Assembly (NCBI GenBank): GCA_964527315.1
Contig: CAZGOQ010000001.1
Span: forward strand, 7,972-71,971
Source of the DNA: an uncultured Oscillospiraceae bacterium
GTDB lineage: Bacteria > Bacillota > Clostridia > Oscillospirales > Oscillospiraceae
Direction of reading: 5' to 3'
DNA length: 64,000 nt
In this document: positions 1 through 9,055 of the stretch, one piece after another
How positions within the stretch are numbered: position 1 is the first letter of the stretch
Layout: every line of letters starts with the position of its first letter
Translations under genes and position numbers: made by a program
Notes under the pieces: model-generated
What the model saw: the letters and a program-made list of their open reading frames with translations, nothing else
Databases searched by the model: none
Told to the model about the DNA's origin: nothing

Positions 1-319
1 TATCAATAAACGCGGAAACCAGGCCTGCAAACAGGCTCATGGCCACCACCACCCACATCACGTTGGGCGTTTTTGCCAGCAGCACCTCCGCCATACGGTT
101 CGGCATTCTGGACTCTATAAACAGCGAAACAGTCCCCATGGTGCCCCCCAGCATCAACAGGACATTAAAATCAATGGTCTCTGCAAGGCCCTGCACCGGC
201 ACAATCCCTGAAACAATAAAAATTACAGCTGATGTAACCGCTACCCAGGGCCGGTACTTTGGCAGTGCGATCATCAATATATATGTGAGCGCAAAAACGA
301 TCAGCGCGTAAATTTTCAT
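1..319 (-). CDS. ArsB/NhaD-superfamily (CitMHS/SLC13-like) permease, N-terminal part; gene continues past window start
   Basis: Reverse-strand translation from ATG (319-317) reads MKIYALIVFALTYILMIALPKYRPW...SLFAGLVSAFID with no stop to position 1. It has hydrophobic TM segments and the SAF(L)D(N)-type motif of this family. It is absent from the ORF track because it runs off the window. Confidence 0.55.
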   Translation of the reverse strand, partial: MKIYALIVFALTYILMIALPKYRPWVAVTSAVIFIVSGIVPVQGLAETIDFNVLLMLGGTMGTVSLFIESRMPNRMAEVLLAKTPNVMWVVVAMSLFAGLVSAFID

Positions 320-377
320 TCGAACAACCTCATTCTTGTTTTTTGAAAGCAGAGTGTTTTCCATTCCTGTCCAATGT

Positions 378-406
378 AGTATATTCTGGCAAAATGCGAT
401 TGTCAA
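378..406 (-). promoter_or_regulatory. sigma-A type promoter for the permease gene
   Basis: Minus strand TTGACA (406-401), 17-nt spacer, TATACT (383-378). Confidence 0.45.
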
Positions 407-430
407 ATCCAAAAGTTCTCCGGCGATCGG

Positions 431-865
431 TCAGATGCCGGAAGGGGGTTCATATTCCGCAAAAGAGATTATCTGATATCGAATCTCCCGACCATGCTTT
501 TTCTGCAAAAAGCTTTCCGCAGCGGCAATGGCCAGCCCGAAAAAAAATCCGATTCCTGCAGCTACGCCGCCACTGCCCAAATTTTGATCCACCAAAAAAT
601 ATCCTAGGAAAAAAAGCACAAGCGGCAGGACGTAGACAAGCGCCACCGCCCAGACAACCTTTTTGGTCTCTCCCTGGATCCAGACCCGGTCTCCCGGCTT
701 TGCACCAATACGGTTTTCCGCATTCACCGTCAACACTTCCGTCGCAGCCATCATGCTGCAGCCGCCTGCACAATGACTGCAGTCTCCATGGCAGGCGGTT
801 GGCCGCCGATATTGGACGACCGCATCACTGCCCTGGCAGGACACCACTGTTACGATTTGACGCAT
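431..865 (-). CDS. RseC/MucC-family membrane protein
   Basis: 144-aa ORF with an N-terminal Cys-rich segment (CHGDCSHCAGGC) followed by two TM helices, the RseC-family layout. It starts 4 nt after the cdaR stop. Confidence 0.65.
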   Translation of the reverse strand: MRQIVTVVSCQGSDAVVQYRRPTACHGDCSHCAGGCSMMAATEVLTVNAENRIGAKPGDRVWIQGETKKVVWAVALVYVLPLVLFFLGYFLVDQNLGSGGVAAGIGFFFGLAIAAAESFLQKKHGREIRYQIISFAEYEPPSGI

Positions 866-868
866 CGT

Positions 869-2170
869 CTAGCTTGCCGCAGCATCGGGCTCCAGCGAGA
901 CCTCTACCGCCGTATCGATCCCGCTGTCCACAGGTTCGCTGATGGAAACCAGAACATTATAGCTTCCCATCGCCCCAACGTCTGAAAAGCCATCTACAAT
1001 GATCTCCACCGGGACGCTGAACTGTCCCTTGGAGGAACCAAGGCTGGAGAGATCTGCCACAGCACGAATATCACTGGCGGAAATATTATCAATGGCCTCC
1101 ATTTTCCCTCGGATCTTCACTTGCAGAGACAGTGTCCCCAGTGTCGCCTTTAATGTCTCCGGCGCATTGGCCAATTCCAGATTGGTGACCCGGAAGGTTT
1201 TTTCCTTCAGATTTTTCAGTTCCACTGTCACTTCCGCTTCACTGGCCGTCAGGTTTACCATGTCGTCGGGGATGACGATGTTATAGGTTCCCGTATAGGG
1301 GGTGCTGGTTTGAACCGTACTGAGATCGATGGTTGTTACCGGAATGGAATTCAGCCTCTCCAAATCTTCTGCTGCACCCTTAATGATCACAGTAGAGGGC
1401 TCAATGGTAGTGATTGCGTGCTCCTCGGTGGCGCCTCCGCCTTCGATATATTTCACCGTCAGCGGCACTTCCTTGACCATATTGACTGCCATCATAACGC
1501 CGATTTTATCCACACTACAGTGGATATCGTCAGATGCCACCGGGTTATTCTCCTCGTCCATCAGCGTGTAAGAAAGGGTATCTGAAACAGTCTTGCTGAG
1601 ATTGGTCCGTTCCAAAACCACCTGGGCGTAGCTGACAGATGCAACAATGTCCTGCGGCCCGCTGATCTCCAGCGAATCATATTCCAGTTCAATAGGCTCC
1701 TGCATATATCCCTCCGCTACGTCGCCCTGGAACACTGCCCGCACCTCAATTTCCTTGGTTGCAAGCATCTCCACCAAAACCGATATTTCATAGGTATTGC
1801 GGGATTCGATGGAAATATCATTGTCGCTGACAGTTTCGGGCAGTTCTACCTCATACCGAAGGTTCCAGGAGCCAGGACCGGAGACGCTGGAAAGGTCTGC
1901 TGTGATCAGGATATTGGAGGAATTCAGCTTCAGCAGTTCCTGCCGCTTTCCGTGAAAGCGAAGGTCTACAGTCGCGTTTCGTCCCTCTGTCAAGGTCAGA
2001 TTCCGGTCAGAAAACAGACCGTCCTCATTGACAAAGGACACCGGAATGTTTCGAACCCATTGGCTGTCCTCCGGTGTTACAGAGGTGACCACATAGATCC
2101 AGAGCCCTACCGCGATCACAACGGAGAGCAGCACAGATAAAATTTTATTCGTTTTCATGGCTGTCTTCAT
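869..2170 (-). CDS. cdaR: CdaR, YbbR-domain regulator of diadenylate cyclase
   Basis: N-terminal TM anchor followed by a long beta-rich repeated YbbR-like region. It overlaps the 3' end of cdaA as in Firmicute cdaA-cdaR operons. ATG at 2170 is preferred over GTG at 2176. Confidence 0.75.
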   Translation of the reverse strand: MKTAMKTNKILSVLLSVVIAVGLWIYVVTSVTPEDSQWVRNIPVSFVNEDGLFSDRNLTLTEGRNATVDLRFHGKRQELLKLNSSNILITADLSSVSGPGSWNLRYEVELPETVSDNDISIESRNTYEISVLVEMLATKEIEVRAVFQGDVAEGYMQEPIELEYDSLEISGPQDIVASVSYAQVVLERTNLSKTVSDTLSYTLMDEENNPVASDDIHCSVDKIGVMMAVNMVKEVPLTVKYIEGGGATEEHAITTIEPSTVIIKGAAEDLERLNSIPVTTIDLSTVQTSTPYTGTYNIVIPDDMVNLTASEAEVTVELKNLKEKTFRVTNLELANAPETLKATLGTLSLQVKIRGKMEAIDNISASDIRAVADLSSLGSSKGQFSVPVEIIVDGFSDVGAMGSYNVLVSISEPVDSGIDTAVEVSLEPDAAAS

Positions 2171-3071
2171 GGTCACCCTTATTTCCTTTCTTTCTATTGT
2201 GGATCATCTCAAGCATCCGATAATGCACCGGCTGTTTGACCTCCTCAACCAACTCCGCCCGAAGGATCTGCTCCAGATCCTCCGGTGTCAGATACCGTTT
2301 CAAAACGCCGCCGGAAACGCAGGAGATTACGCCTGTCTCCTCGGAAACGACCACAACCACTGCATCGGAATGCTCTGAAATGCCGATTGCCGCCCGATGC
2401 CGCGTGCCAAGTTCCCGGCTCAGATTCGGATTTTCCGTCAGGGGCAGCACACAGCCTGCTGCCGCTACACGGTCACTGCGAATGACCACAGCGCCATCGT
2501 GCAGGGCTGCTTTCGGGAAAAAGATATTTTTCAGCAATTCTGAGGAAACCGCTGCGTCTATGATCGTGCCGGTCTTAAAATATTCTTCCAGACTGCTCCT
2601 GCGTTCAAATACAATCAGTACGCCAATCTTCTGGCGCGCCATGCTCCGGCAGGCCGAAACGGTTTCCTCCACCGTCCGCTCGGTATCGCCTGTCTGCTGT
2701 CTCGGTACGAACAGGCCCTTAATGGAACTGCTGCCCAGCCGCTCCATGATTCGGCGAAGTTCCGGCTGAAAGACCACAACCAGTGCGATCAAGCTGATGT
2801 CGATGGTCCGGCTGATCAGGTAATTGAGCACATTAAGTTTCAATACGTCCGAAAGATAACTGAGCAGCAGCAGCAAAACAACAGCCTTGACGATCTGCTT
2901 TGCCGTATGAGATTGCGACAAATTCAGAAGTTTATAAATGATATAGGCCACAATGGCAATATCCAGAATATCAAATGGGAAATTGATGATCGTGGCAAAC
3001 TGCATAACTCTTTCCCACAGCATTTGTATAGCGTTCAACCCTATCTCTCCGTTTCCATGCGAATCTATCAC
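2145..3071 (-). CDS. cdaA: diadenylate cyclase CdaA (c-di-AMP synthase)
   Basis: N-terminal TM helices plus a DAC domain with DGAVVIR and RHRAAIGISEHSDAVVVVVSEETGVIS motifs. The exact start is uncertain (GTG 3071 or later candidates). Confidence 0.9.
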   Translation of the reverse strand: MIDSHGNGEIGLNAIQMLWERVMQFATIINFPFDILDIAIVAYIIYKLLNLSQSHTAKQIVKAVVLLLLLSYLSDVLKLNVLNYLISRTIDISLIALVVVFQPELRRIMERLGSSSIKGLFVPRQQTGDTERTVEETVSACRSMARQKIGVLIVFERRSSLEEYFKTGTIIDAAVSSELLKNIFFPKAALHDGAVVIRSDRVAAAGCVLPLTENPNLSRELGTRHRAAIGISEHSDAVVVVVSEETGVISCVSGGVLKRYLTPEDLEQILRAELVEEVKQPVHYRMLEMIHNRKKGNKGDHEDSHENE

Positions 3072-3146
3072 TTGCAGGACGGTTGTTTTACGGCCGTATC
3101 CCGTCCAATGTCCATTTTAGGGGGTCTCAAATCGTTTTACATAATA

Positions 3147-3176
3147 ATTATAACAGAATCCTCCTGTAAATAGCAA
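3147..3176 (-). promoter_or_regulatory. promoter for cdaA operon
   Basis: Minus strand TTGCTA (3176-3171), 18-nt spacer, TATAAT (3152-3147) preceded by TGT. Confidence 0.4.
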
Positions 3177-3214
3177 GGCCGCCAGCGCATTTTTTTGCGG
3201 TTTTACAATCTGTT

Positions 3215-4327
3215 TCAACTGTTCATGGTTTCCTTCAGGCCAAAGACCAGCGTATCCAGATCCTTTTTTTGATTCATGGGGCCAACGCTGAGCCGAATGG
3301 TGCCCGTCTCAAGGGTTCCCGCCGTTTCATGGGCAATGGGAGCACAGTGAAAACCTGACCGCAGAGCGATGTCCCATCCTCTGGCAAGGGCTTCTCCCAC
3401 CACAATGCAGTCCTTTCCCTCCGTTACAAAGGAAAGGACGCCAGATTGCGGCTGTCCCGTATACAGCCTGATTCCCGGAATGTTTTGGAGCCGTTTGACC
3501 GCATATTGCAGCAGCGCTTGTTCCTGGTGCAAAATCTCTGTTTCCCCCAGCCGTCGTACACAGCGAAGTCCTGCCAAAAGTCCCGCCGCGCCGGGCATAT
3601 TTTGCGTTCCCGCCTCCAGGCGGTCCGGCAGAAACTCCGGCATTTCCGGATCCCTGGAGACGCTGCCGGTTCCACCTTCCAGAACCGGATTGGCCTCATG
3701 ATTGCAGAGCAGAAGCCCGGTTCCCTGCGGTCCCATCAACCCCTTGTGACCAGGCATAGCAATAAAGGCGGCTCCCAATGCGTTGAGACGGACAGGTAAA
3801 CATCCGGCGCTCTGGGCCGCATCCAAAACAAAGGGGATCCTCCGGGCGCGGCAGAGTTCCGCCACCTGCCGGATCGGCAAAATCCAGCCGAACACGTTGG
3901 AGACATGAGTCATAACACAGAGTGTTGTGTCCTTGGTCAGCAGTCTGTCAAAATCCGCAAGGAGCGCTTCATCATCAAACAACGCTCCTCTGGCGATCTG
4001 AATCTTCGCGCCGAGAGCATATAGGGGCCGCAGCACTGCGTTATGCTCCATCCCGGAGATCACCACCCGGTCCCCCTTCTTTGCCAGCGATTTGATGGCA
4101 ATATTAAGGCCGTGGGTCGCGGATGTGGTAAGTACCACCTGCTCCTCCTGACAGTCAAACTGCCGGGCAGCTTCTATCCGCAGCTGAAACAGCACCTCCC
4201 CTGCTGCTTCCGCTGCCGATGCGCTTCCTCTGCCTGGGGAGGACAGGTGGCCAATGGCCCAGGATACTGCCCGCTCCACTGATTTTGGTTTGGGCAGGGA
4301 GGTCGCGCTGTTGTCCAGATAGATCAT
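3215..4327 (-). CDS. class V aminotransferase / cysteine desulfurase family protein
   Basis: MIYLDNSATS N-terminus and a PGHKGLMGPQGTG PLP-lysine region typical of NifS/CsdA-like enzymes. Confidence 0.8.
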   Translation of the reverse strand: MIYLDNSATSLPKPKSVERAVSWAIGHLSSPGRGSASAAEAAGEVLFQLRIEAARQFDCQEEQVVLTTSATHGLNIAIKSLAKKGDRVVISGMEHNAVLRPLYALGAKIQIARGALFDDEALLADFDRLLTKDTTLCVMTHVSNVFGWILPIRQVAELCRARRIPFVLDAAQSAGCLPVRLNALGAAFIAMPGHKGLMGPQGTGLLLCNHEANPVLEGGTGSVSRDPEMPEFLPDRLEAGTQNMPGAAGLLAGLRCVRRLGETEILHQEQALLQYAVKRLQNIPGIRLYTGQPQSGVLSFVTEGKDCIVVGEALARGWDIALRSGFHCAPIAHETAGTLETGTIRLSVGPMNQKKDLDTLVFGLKETMNS

Positions 4328-4575
4328 AGAAAGACCTCCTTTCTCCCCTTGTCTGTGATCAGATAGCTTCTTTCATAGGGAATTTCCAGGCCGCGAAGCT
4401 GCATGGCTGCGGTTTCTGCTTCTGCCTGACGAACCCATATTCCAAAGCCGCATCCTCTGGCAGACAGAGCAGCCGGCGTTTTGCCCAGCTTCGCCTGAAT
4501 ACCCGCCTGATTTAGTATTTTTGTGCCCTTTCGTGCCTGCGTTTGGGCGCGAAAGGTAAAAAATATCATGCTCAT
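4324..4575 (-). CDS. DUF3343-like small protein (putative S/Se carrier partner of the desulfurase)
   Basis: 83 aa. FTFRAQTQARKGTKILNQAGIQAKLGKTPAALSARGCGFGIWV matches the DUF3343 pattern including the conserved Cys-Gly. It has a 4-nt ATGA overlap with the desulfurase gene. Confidence 0.6.
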   Translation of the reverse strand: MSMIFFTFRAQTQARKGTKILNQAGIQAKLGKTPAALSARGCGFGIWVRQAEAETAAMQLRGLEIPYERSYLITDKGRKEVFL

Positions 4576-4625
4576 CGAATCGCCTCCATGAGCATGATAT
4601 GTTTTTTTGGGAAAAAAGACACAGT

Positions 4626-5093
4626 TTATGTCAAAAGACAGACACAGTGCGCTGCGATTCCCTCTCCTCTTCCGGTAAAACCCAGCGCTTCTTCCGTGGT
4701 CGCCTTGAGATTAATCTGATCCATGGAAATTTCCATCGTCCCCGCCAGCGTCTCCCGCATAGATTCCAGATAGGGCATCAGCTTTGGTTTCTGGGCAATT
4801 ACCGTTGCGTCCAGATTCCCAATCTCATAGCCCTCGCACCGTATCAACCGGCAGGCCTCCTTTAACAGCAGCTGGCTGTCGATATCGCGGTAGCGGTCGT
4901 CGGAATCCGGGAAATGGCGGCCGATATCCCCCAATGCGGCGGCGCCCAGTAAAGCGTCTATGACCGCGTGGGTCAGCACATCGGCGTCAGAATGCCCCCA
5001 AAGCCCCAATGGATGCGGAATCTCCACACCGCCCAGAATCAACTTTCTGCCGGAAACAAGCCGGTGTGCATCGTATCCATGTCCAATTCGCAC
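4626..5093 (-). CDS. ispF: 2-C-methyl-D-erythritol 2,4-cyclodiphosphate synthase
   Basis: [12 protein letters not shown] and [11 protein letters not shown] motifs. GTG start preceded by a GGGAGGGA RBS. Confidence 0.95.
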   Translation of the reverse strand: MRIGHGYDAHRLVSGRKLILGGVEIPHPLGLWGHSDADVLTHAVIDALLGAAALGDIGRHFPDSDDRYRDIDSQLLLKEACRLIRCEGYEIGNLDATVIAQKPKLMPYLESMRETLAGTMEISMDQINLKATTEEALGFTGRGEGIAAHCVCLLT

Positions 5094-5815
5094 GGCTTCT
5101 CCCTCCCCTGAAGTACCATCTCCGCAATTTTCAGATCCAACGGTGTTGTAATTTTAATATTATCGGCTGCGCCCTCCGTCAAATGCACATGGACGCCCAA
5201 ACCCTCCATGGCGCCGCAGTCATCTGTGTAGGGAAGCTTTTCCTTTTTTGCCCGCTGCCAGGCGGCAGCCAGCAGATCCCGGTCAAAGACCTGGGGCGTC
5301 TGAACGGCCCGAAGGGTGTCCCGGTCCGGGGTGCGCTCCACCCGTCCATCCTCTCCCACTACCTTAATGGTATCGGTCACCGGAATTGCAGGTGCGGCGG
5401 CATGGTAACTCAGGCCCAGATCCACGACCCGCTTAATCAGTTCCTCCGTCACCAGCGGTCTTGCACCGTCCTGTATGGCCACCAGAACGGTTTCCCTGCT
5501 GGTCACATCCAGGCCGGCCTGCACGGATTCCATCCGGCTGGCGCCGCCGGGAACTACCGCCCGAACCTTGGAAAAATCGTATTTCAGTACATATTCCTGC
5601 ACCTGCCGCCGCTGATCCTTCCGCACTACCACAACGATCTCATCAATGCACTTCGCCATCTCAAATGCCCGAATGGTATGTACGATTACCGGCTCACCGC
5701 AAAGTTCCGTCATAATTTTATCTACGCCATTCATTCTGGTAGAACTGCCGGCAGCGACAATAACCGCAGTACAGTGAGTCCATCTTTTTTCCCGGTGCCA
5801 ATCAAAAATTTTCAT
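5039..5815 (-). CDS. ispD: 2-C-methyl-D-erythritol 4-phosphate cytidylyltransferase
   Basis: [12 protein letters not shown] nucleotide-binding N-terminus and an IspD-like body. The 3' end runs 55 nt into ispF in another frame. Confidence 0.9.
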   Translation of the reverse strand: MKIFDWHREKRWTHCTAVIVAAGSSTRMNGVDKIMTELCGEPVIVHTIRAFEMAKCIDEIVVVVRKDQRRQVQEYVLKYDFSKVRAVVPGGASRMESVQAGLDVTSRETVLVAIQDGARPLVTEELIKRVVDLGLSYHAAAPAIPVTDTIKVVGEDGRVERTPDRDTLRAVQTPQVFDRDLLAAAWQRAKKEKLPYTDDCGAMEGLGVHVHLTEGAADNIKITTPLDLKIAEMVLQGREKPCELDMDTMHTGLFPAES

Positions 5816-7065
5816 GCGCTTTTCCCTGTCCTTTTCAGCTGCTCCAATGCAAGCAGGATCCCCAGCTTTCCTGATTCATAGGTAATGCCACCCTGCAGGT
5901 ATGCCATATACGGCTCCCGCATGGGGCCGTCGGCGCTGAGTTCGATGGACGCACCCTGCACAAATGCTCCGGCTGCCATAATCACCTGATCGGTATATCC
6001 CGGCATGTTCCATGGTTCCGGCATCACATGCGAATCCACCGGTGCTCCCATTTGAACGCCCCGGCAAAAGGCCCGCATTGGCGCCGGACTGCCGAATTGA
6101 ATTGTTTGAACAATGTCTCCCCGCGGTTCCTTCATTCCCGGCGAGGTCTGATAGCCCAGATTCTCCATTGCGCCTGCGCAAAAAACCGCTGTTTTCAGCG
6201 CCTGCGCCGTCACATGCGGAGCCATGAAAAACCCCTGGTACAGCAGGCGGTTCACATCCTGTGTACAGCCGCATTCCCGCCCAATACCGGGACAGGTCAG
6301 CCGCATGGCGGCCGCTTCCACCAAATCTTCCCGGCCTACAATATAGCCGCCAGTGGGCGCGATTCCGCCCCCGGGATTTTTGATCAGGGAGCCGGCCATG
6401 ATATCCGCGCCGACCTCTGTTGGCTCATGTTCCTCTACGAACTCCCCATAGCAGTTATCCACAAAAACCAGAATCTCCGGGTTTGCTGCCTTTGCGGCGG
6501 AGATGATCTCTCCAATCTCCTGCACTGTCAGCGCCTTCCGAATGGAATAGCCCCGGGACCGCTGAAGCATCAAAAGCTTTGCGCCCTTTTCCCGGACGGC
6601 AGCGCAAATGCCGCTCAGATCGGGCCGCAGCTTCTCGGTCATATCCACCTGCCGGTAATGGATTCCCAACTCCCGAAAGTTCCCTGGTGCATCCCCCGTG
6701 ATTCCCAGAACATTTTGCAGCGTGTCATAGGGTGCGCCAAAGCCGGAGATCACCGTATCACCGGGCCGCAAAATTCCCTGCAGCGCGCAAGTGATGGTAT
6801 GCGTGCCATTGACGAACTGGCTCCGTACCAGTCCCGCCGGGGTGCGGAACACTCTTGCAAAAATTTTGTCCAGCGTGTCTCTGCCCAGATCATCGTAACC
6901 GTAGCCGGTAGTTCCCACCAGATGCGCCGCGCTGACCCGATAATATTGAAAGGCCTCCAGCATCTTTTCCGCGTTTTGCTCCGCGACCCGGTCGATCTGT
7001 TCCAATATGGGCCTGGCCTGCTCTGTCACCTGCCGGGATAAGGCCCTGATTTCCTCTGAGATCAT
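5812..7065 (-). CDS. YnbB-like methionine gamma-lyase family PLP-dependent protein
   Basis: MISEEIRAL...VSAAHLVGTTGYGYDDLGRDTLD is typical of the YnbB/aluminium-resistance family. I trimmed the start to the ATG at 7065, which overlaps (ATGA) the upstream stop. Confidence 0.75.
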   Translation of the reverse strand: MISEEIRALSRQVTEQARPILEQIDRVAEQNAEKMLEAFQYYRVSAAHLVGTTGYGYDDLGRDTLDKIFARVFRTPAGLVRSQFVNGTHTITCALQGILRPGDTVISGFGAPYDTLQNVLGITGDAPGNFRELGIHYRQVDMTEKLRPDLSGICAAVREKGAKLLMLQRSRGYSIRKALTVQEIGEIISAAKAANPEILVFVDNCYGEFVEEHEPTEVGADIMAGSLIKNPGGGIAPTGGYIVGREDLVEAAAMRLTCPGIGRECGCTQDVNRLLYQGFFMAPHVTAQALKTAVFCAGAMENLGYQTSPGMKEPRGDIVQTIQFGSPAPMRAFCRGVQMGAPVDSHVMPEPWNMPGYTDQVIMAAGAFVQGASIELSADGPMREPYMAYLQGGITYESGKLGILLALEQLKRTGKSA

Positions 7066-8039
7066 ATCTGCTCCTCCAAAAAGCCCATGAGGATTGGGCG
7101 CATCGCCTGAATATCCGAAAGAGATACGATCTGGCCGGGCGCATCCGTCAGTTCCGCCGGGCACAACAGCCCGCCGATCCGGAGTCCCGTTCCCGTGCGC
7201 TGACAACTCTCACCGTCTCCCCTTCCGGAAAGCGACGCCCAAGCCTGAATGGAAATGTTTTTCCGGGCAGCGCTCTTTTTCAGCGCATTCTGTACTGTGT
7301 CATCATAAATGATCCCCTGATCCATGACCGGGATTACCGGGCCTTTTCCCAGCTGCGGCAGTGTCTCCCCGCTGTTTCCTGCGGCGCAGAGATCCAGAAC
7401 CATCGCCACTCCGGAAAGACCGGCTGCAGCCGCCCGGGCACCTCTGGATCCAACATGGCGCTGGACAGTAAAAACCATGGTCACATCCAGCGGCAGGGAT
7501 TCCCGCATTAAGGACAGCAGTACCCCTGCTGTAACGCTTCTGGACATGGCTTTACCATAGAGCCGACTTTCTCCCAATCCTCGAAGGGGCTCATCAAATA
7601 CGCCGAACATACCCGGCTCCAAGCCATCGGCATTTCCCAGATCCAAATATAGATCCTCCTGCTTCGGCAGCTGATCCCGCTCTTCCTTGTCGGAAAGATG
7701 GATGGGCTTCATGCCAATGACGCCTCTTCTGCTGCACGGCCCGACCAGAACCGAATGGCCCAAAATCATGCGGAGTTTCGTGCTTCCCATCAGGCCGAAC
7801 TTCCAAAACTCCTCTGTGTTCTGTTTGACCATCAATCCCGGTTCATCCATATGCGCAAACAGGAATACCGGCTCTCGGGATGTCTTTTTGCCTTTGAGCG
7901 TCACAAACAGGTTCCCCAGCCGATCCTCCCGGACCTGACCGTCCAGCGTTTCCGCCTTGGCAATGATCTCCCTTCTGACCGCATTTTCGCAGCCGGAGGG
8001 CGCAAACAGGCCAGACAGCGCTTCAATCGTATTTCTCAT
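7062..8039 (-). CDS. M42 family metallopeptidase (FrvX/YsdC-like)
   Basis: SGCENAVRREI N-terminus and an FAHMDEPGLMV metal-site motif. Confidence 0.8.
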   Translation of the reverse strand: MRNTIEALSGLFAPSGCENAVRREIIAKAETLDGQVREDRLGNLFVTLKGKKTSREPVFLFAHMDEPGLMVKQNTEEFWKFGLMGSTKLRMILGHSVLVGPCSRRGVIGMKPIHLSDKEERDQLPKQEDLYLDLGNADGLEPGMFGVFDEPLRGLGESRLYGKAMSRSVTAGVLLSLMRESLPLDVTMVFTVQRHVGSRGARAAAAGLSGVAMVLDLCAAGNSGETLPQLGKGPVIPVMDQGIIYDDTVQNALKKSAARKNISIQAWASLSGRGDGESCQRTGTGLRIGGLLCPAELTDAPGQIVSLSDIQAMRPILMGFLEEQI

Positions 8040-9055
8040 GGCTTCCTCTCCTGTTCCGCTTTCAAAAATGCCGCTGCCAGCCGGGCCGCAGCCTCAATGT
8101 CTCTTTGGTCCACAACCTCTATCGGCGTATGCATATATCGCACCGGTACGGAAATCAGCGCCGATGGAATGCCCTCCCCGGCGATCTGGGTCTGCATGGA
8201 ATTGGTTCCCGTCCCGTTTTCCATAATCTCCCTGCTGTGAAGAATCTGTTCCCGCTGAGCAATCTCGCAAAGCCGTTTGGACAGTCCATGGTCTAATACC
8301 GGGCTGAATCCCACCGCCACACCGCTGCCCAGCGGGAAGGTACGCTCCTTAGGGGAATCCGGGCTGTCGCCAAAGGTTACATCCGTTACAAGAGCCGCAT
8401 CTGGTTGAAGCCGGAATGCAGCGGTCAACGCGCCTGCGCCGCCGCACTCCTCCTGTACGCTGCCCAGAACCACCACGTTGATCGGAAGTTCCTCCTCCTT
8501 TGTCAGTTCCAATGCCCGCAGCAGCGCCGTAAAGCAGGCCCGGTTATCCAGGGATTTTCCAAAGATACGATCCCCCATCTGCCACGGCTCCGTCCCATAG
8601 GCCACACGGGTACCAGGGAGAATCTCCGATGCCTGCTGCTGCGTCAATCCGCAGTCGATGCGCAAATCGTCGATAGGAATCGGCCGATCCCGCCCCGTCT
8701 CTTTCTTTTCGTAGGAGATGACGCCATAGCGGGGCGGGTTTGTCAGAACCATGACCAAACGCCCCGGCAACATTCTCGTGTCCACGCCGCCAACACTGCC
8801 GGAAATGGTCAATGCACCCTCCTTTTGACCAGTGACCATCAGACCCACCTGATCCAGATGCGCGTCCAGCAATACGGTTTTTGCATTTTTCCGTCTGCTG
8901 AGACGGATCCCCACAAGATTTCCCAGTGCGTCGATCTCAGTCTTCTGTACCAAAGGAGTGAGCAGCTTTTGTGCTGTCAGGACCGCCTCCCGTTCATTCC
9001 CGGAAACGCCGTTGGCCCGGGAAAGTTCCATCAGCACCTCCGCAATTTTCATCAA
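8036..9055 (-). CDS. M42 family metallopeptidase, second paralog
   Basis: ANGVSGNEREAV N-terminus and a DAHLDQVGLMV motif. It has 4-nt overlaps with both neighbours. Confidence 0.8.
   Translation of the reverse strand: MMKIAEVLMELSRANGVSGNEREAVLTAQKLLTPLVQKTEIDALGNLVGIRLSRRKNAKTVLLDAHLDQVGLMVTGQKEGALTISGSVGGVDTRMLPGRLVMVLTNPPRYGVISYEKKETGRDRPIPIDDLRIDCGLTQQQASEILPGTRVAYGTEPWQMGDRIFGKSLDNRACFTALLRALELTKEEELPINVVVLGSVQEECGGAGALTAAFRLQPDAALVTDVTFGDSPDSPKERTFPLGSGVAVGFSPVLDHGLSKRLCEIAQREQILHSREIMENGTGTNSMQTQIAGEGIPSALISVPVRYMHTPIEVVDQRDIEAAARLAAAFLKAEQERKP

Noticed and set aside
39-311. 90-aa plus-strand ORF at the window start, and the 199-aa ORF at 343-942.
   Set aside because: They lie opposite the better-supported permease and RseC-family genes and have no family resemblance.
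5812-7206. N-terminal extensions of many track ORFs. Examples: 5812-7206, 29633-31291, 42397-44010, 50965-51801, 54060-55082, 54977-55522, 21818-22828, 33018-33956 and 37772-39604.
   Set aside because: The extensions overlap the upstream gene or lack an RBS, while an internal start has a good SD and matches the conserved family N-terminus. I trimmed the coordinates accordingly.
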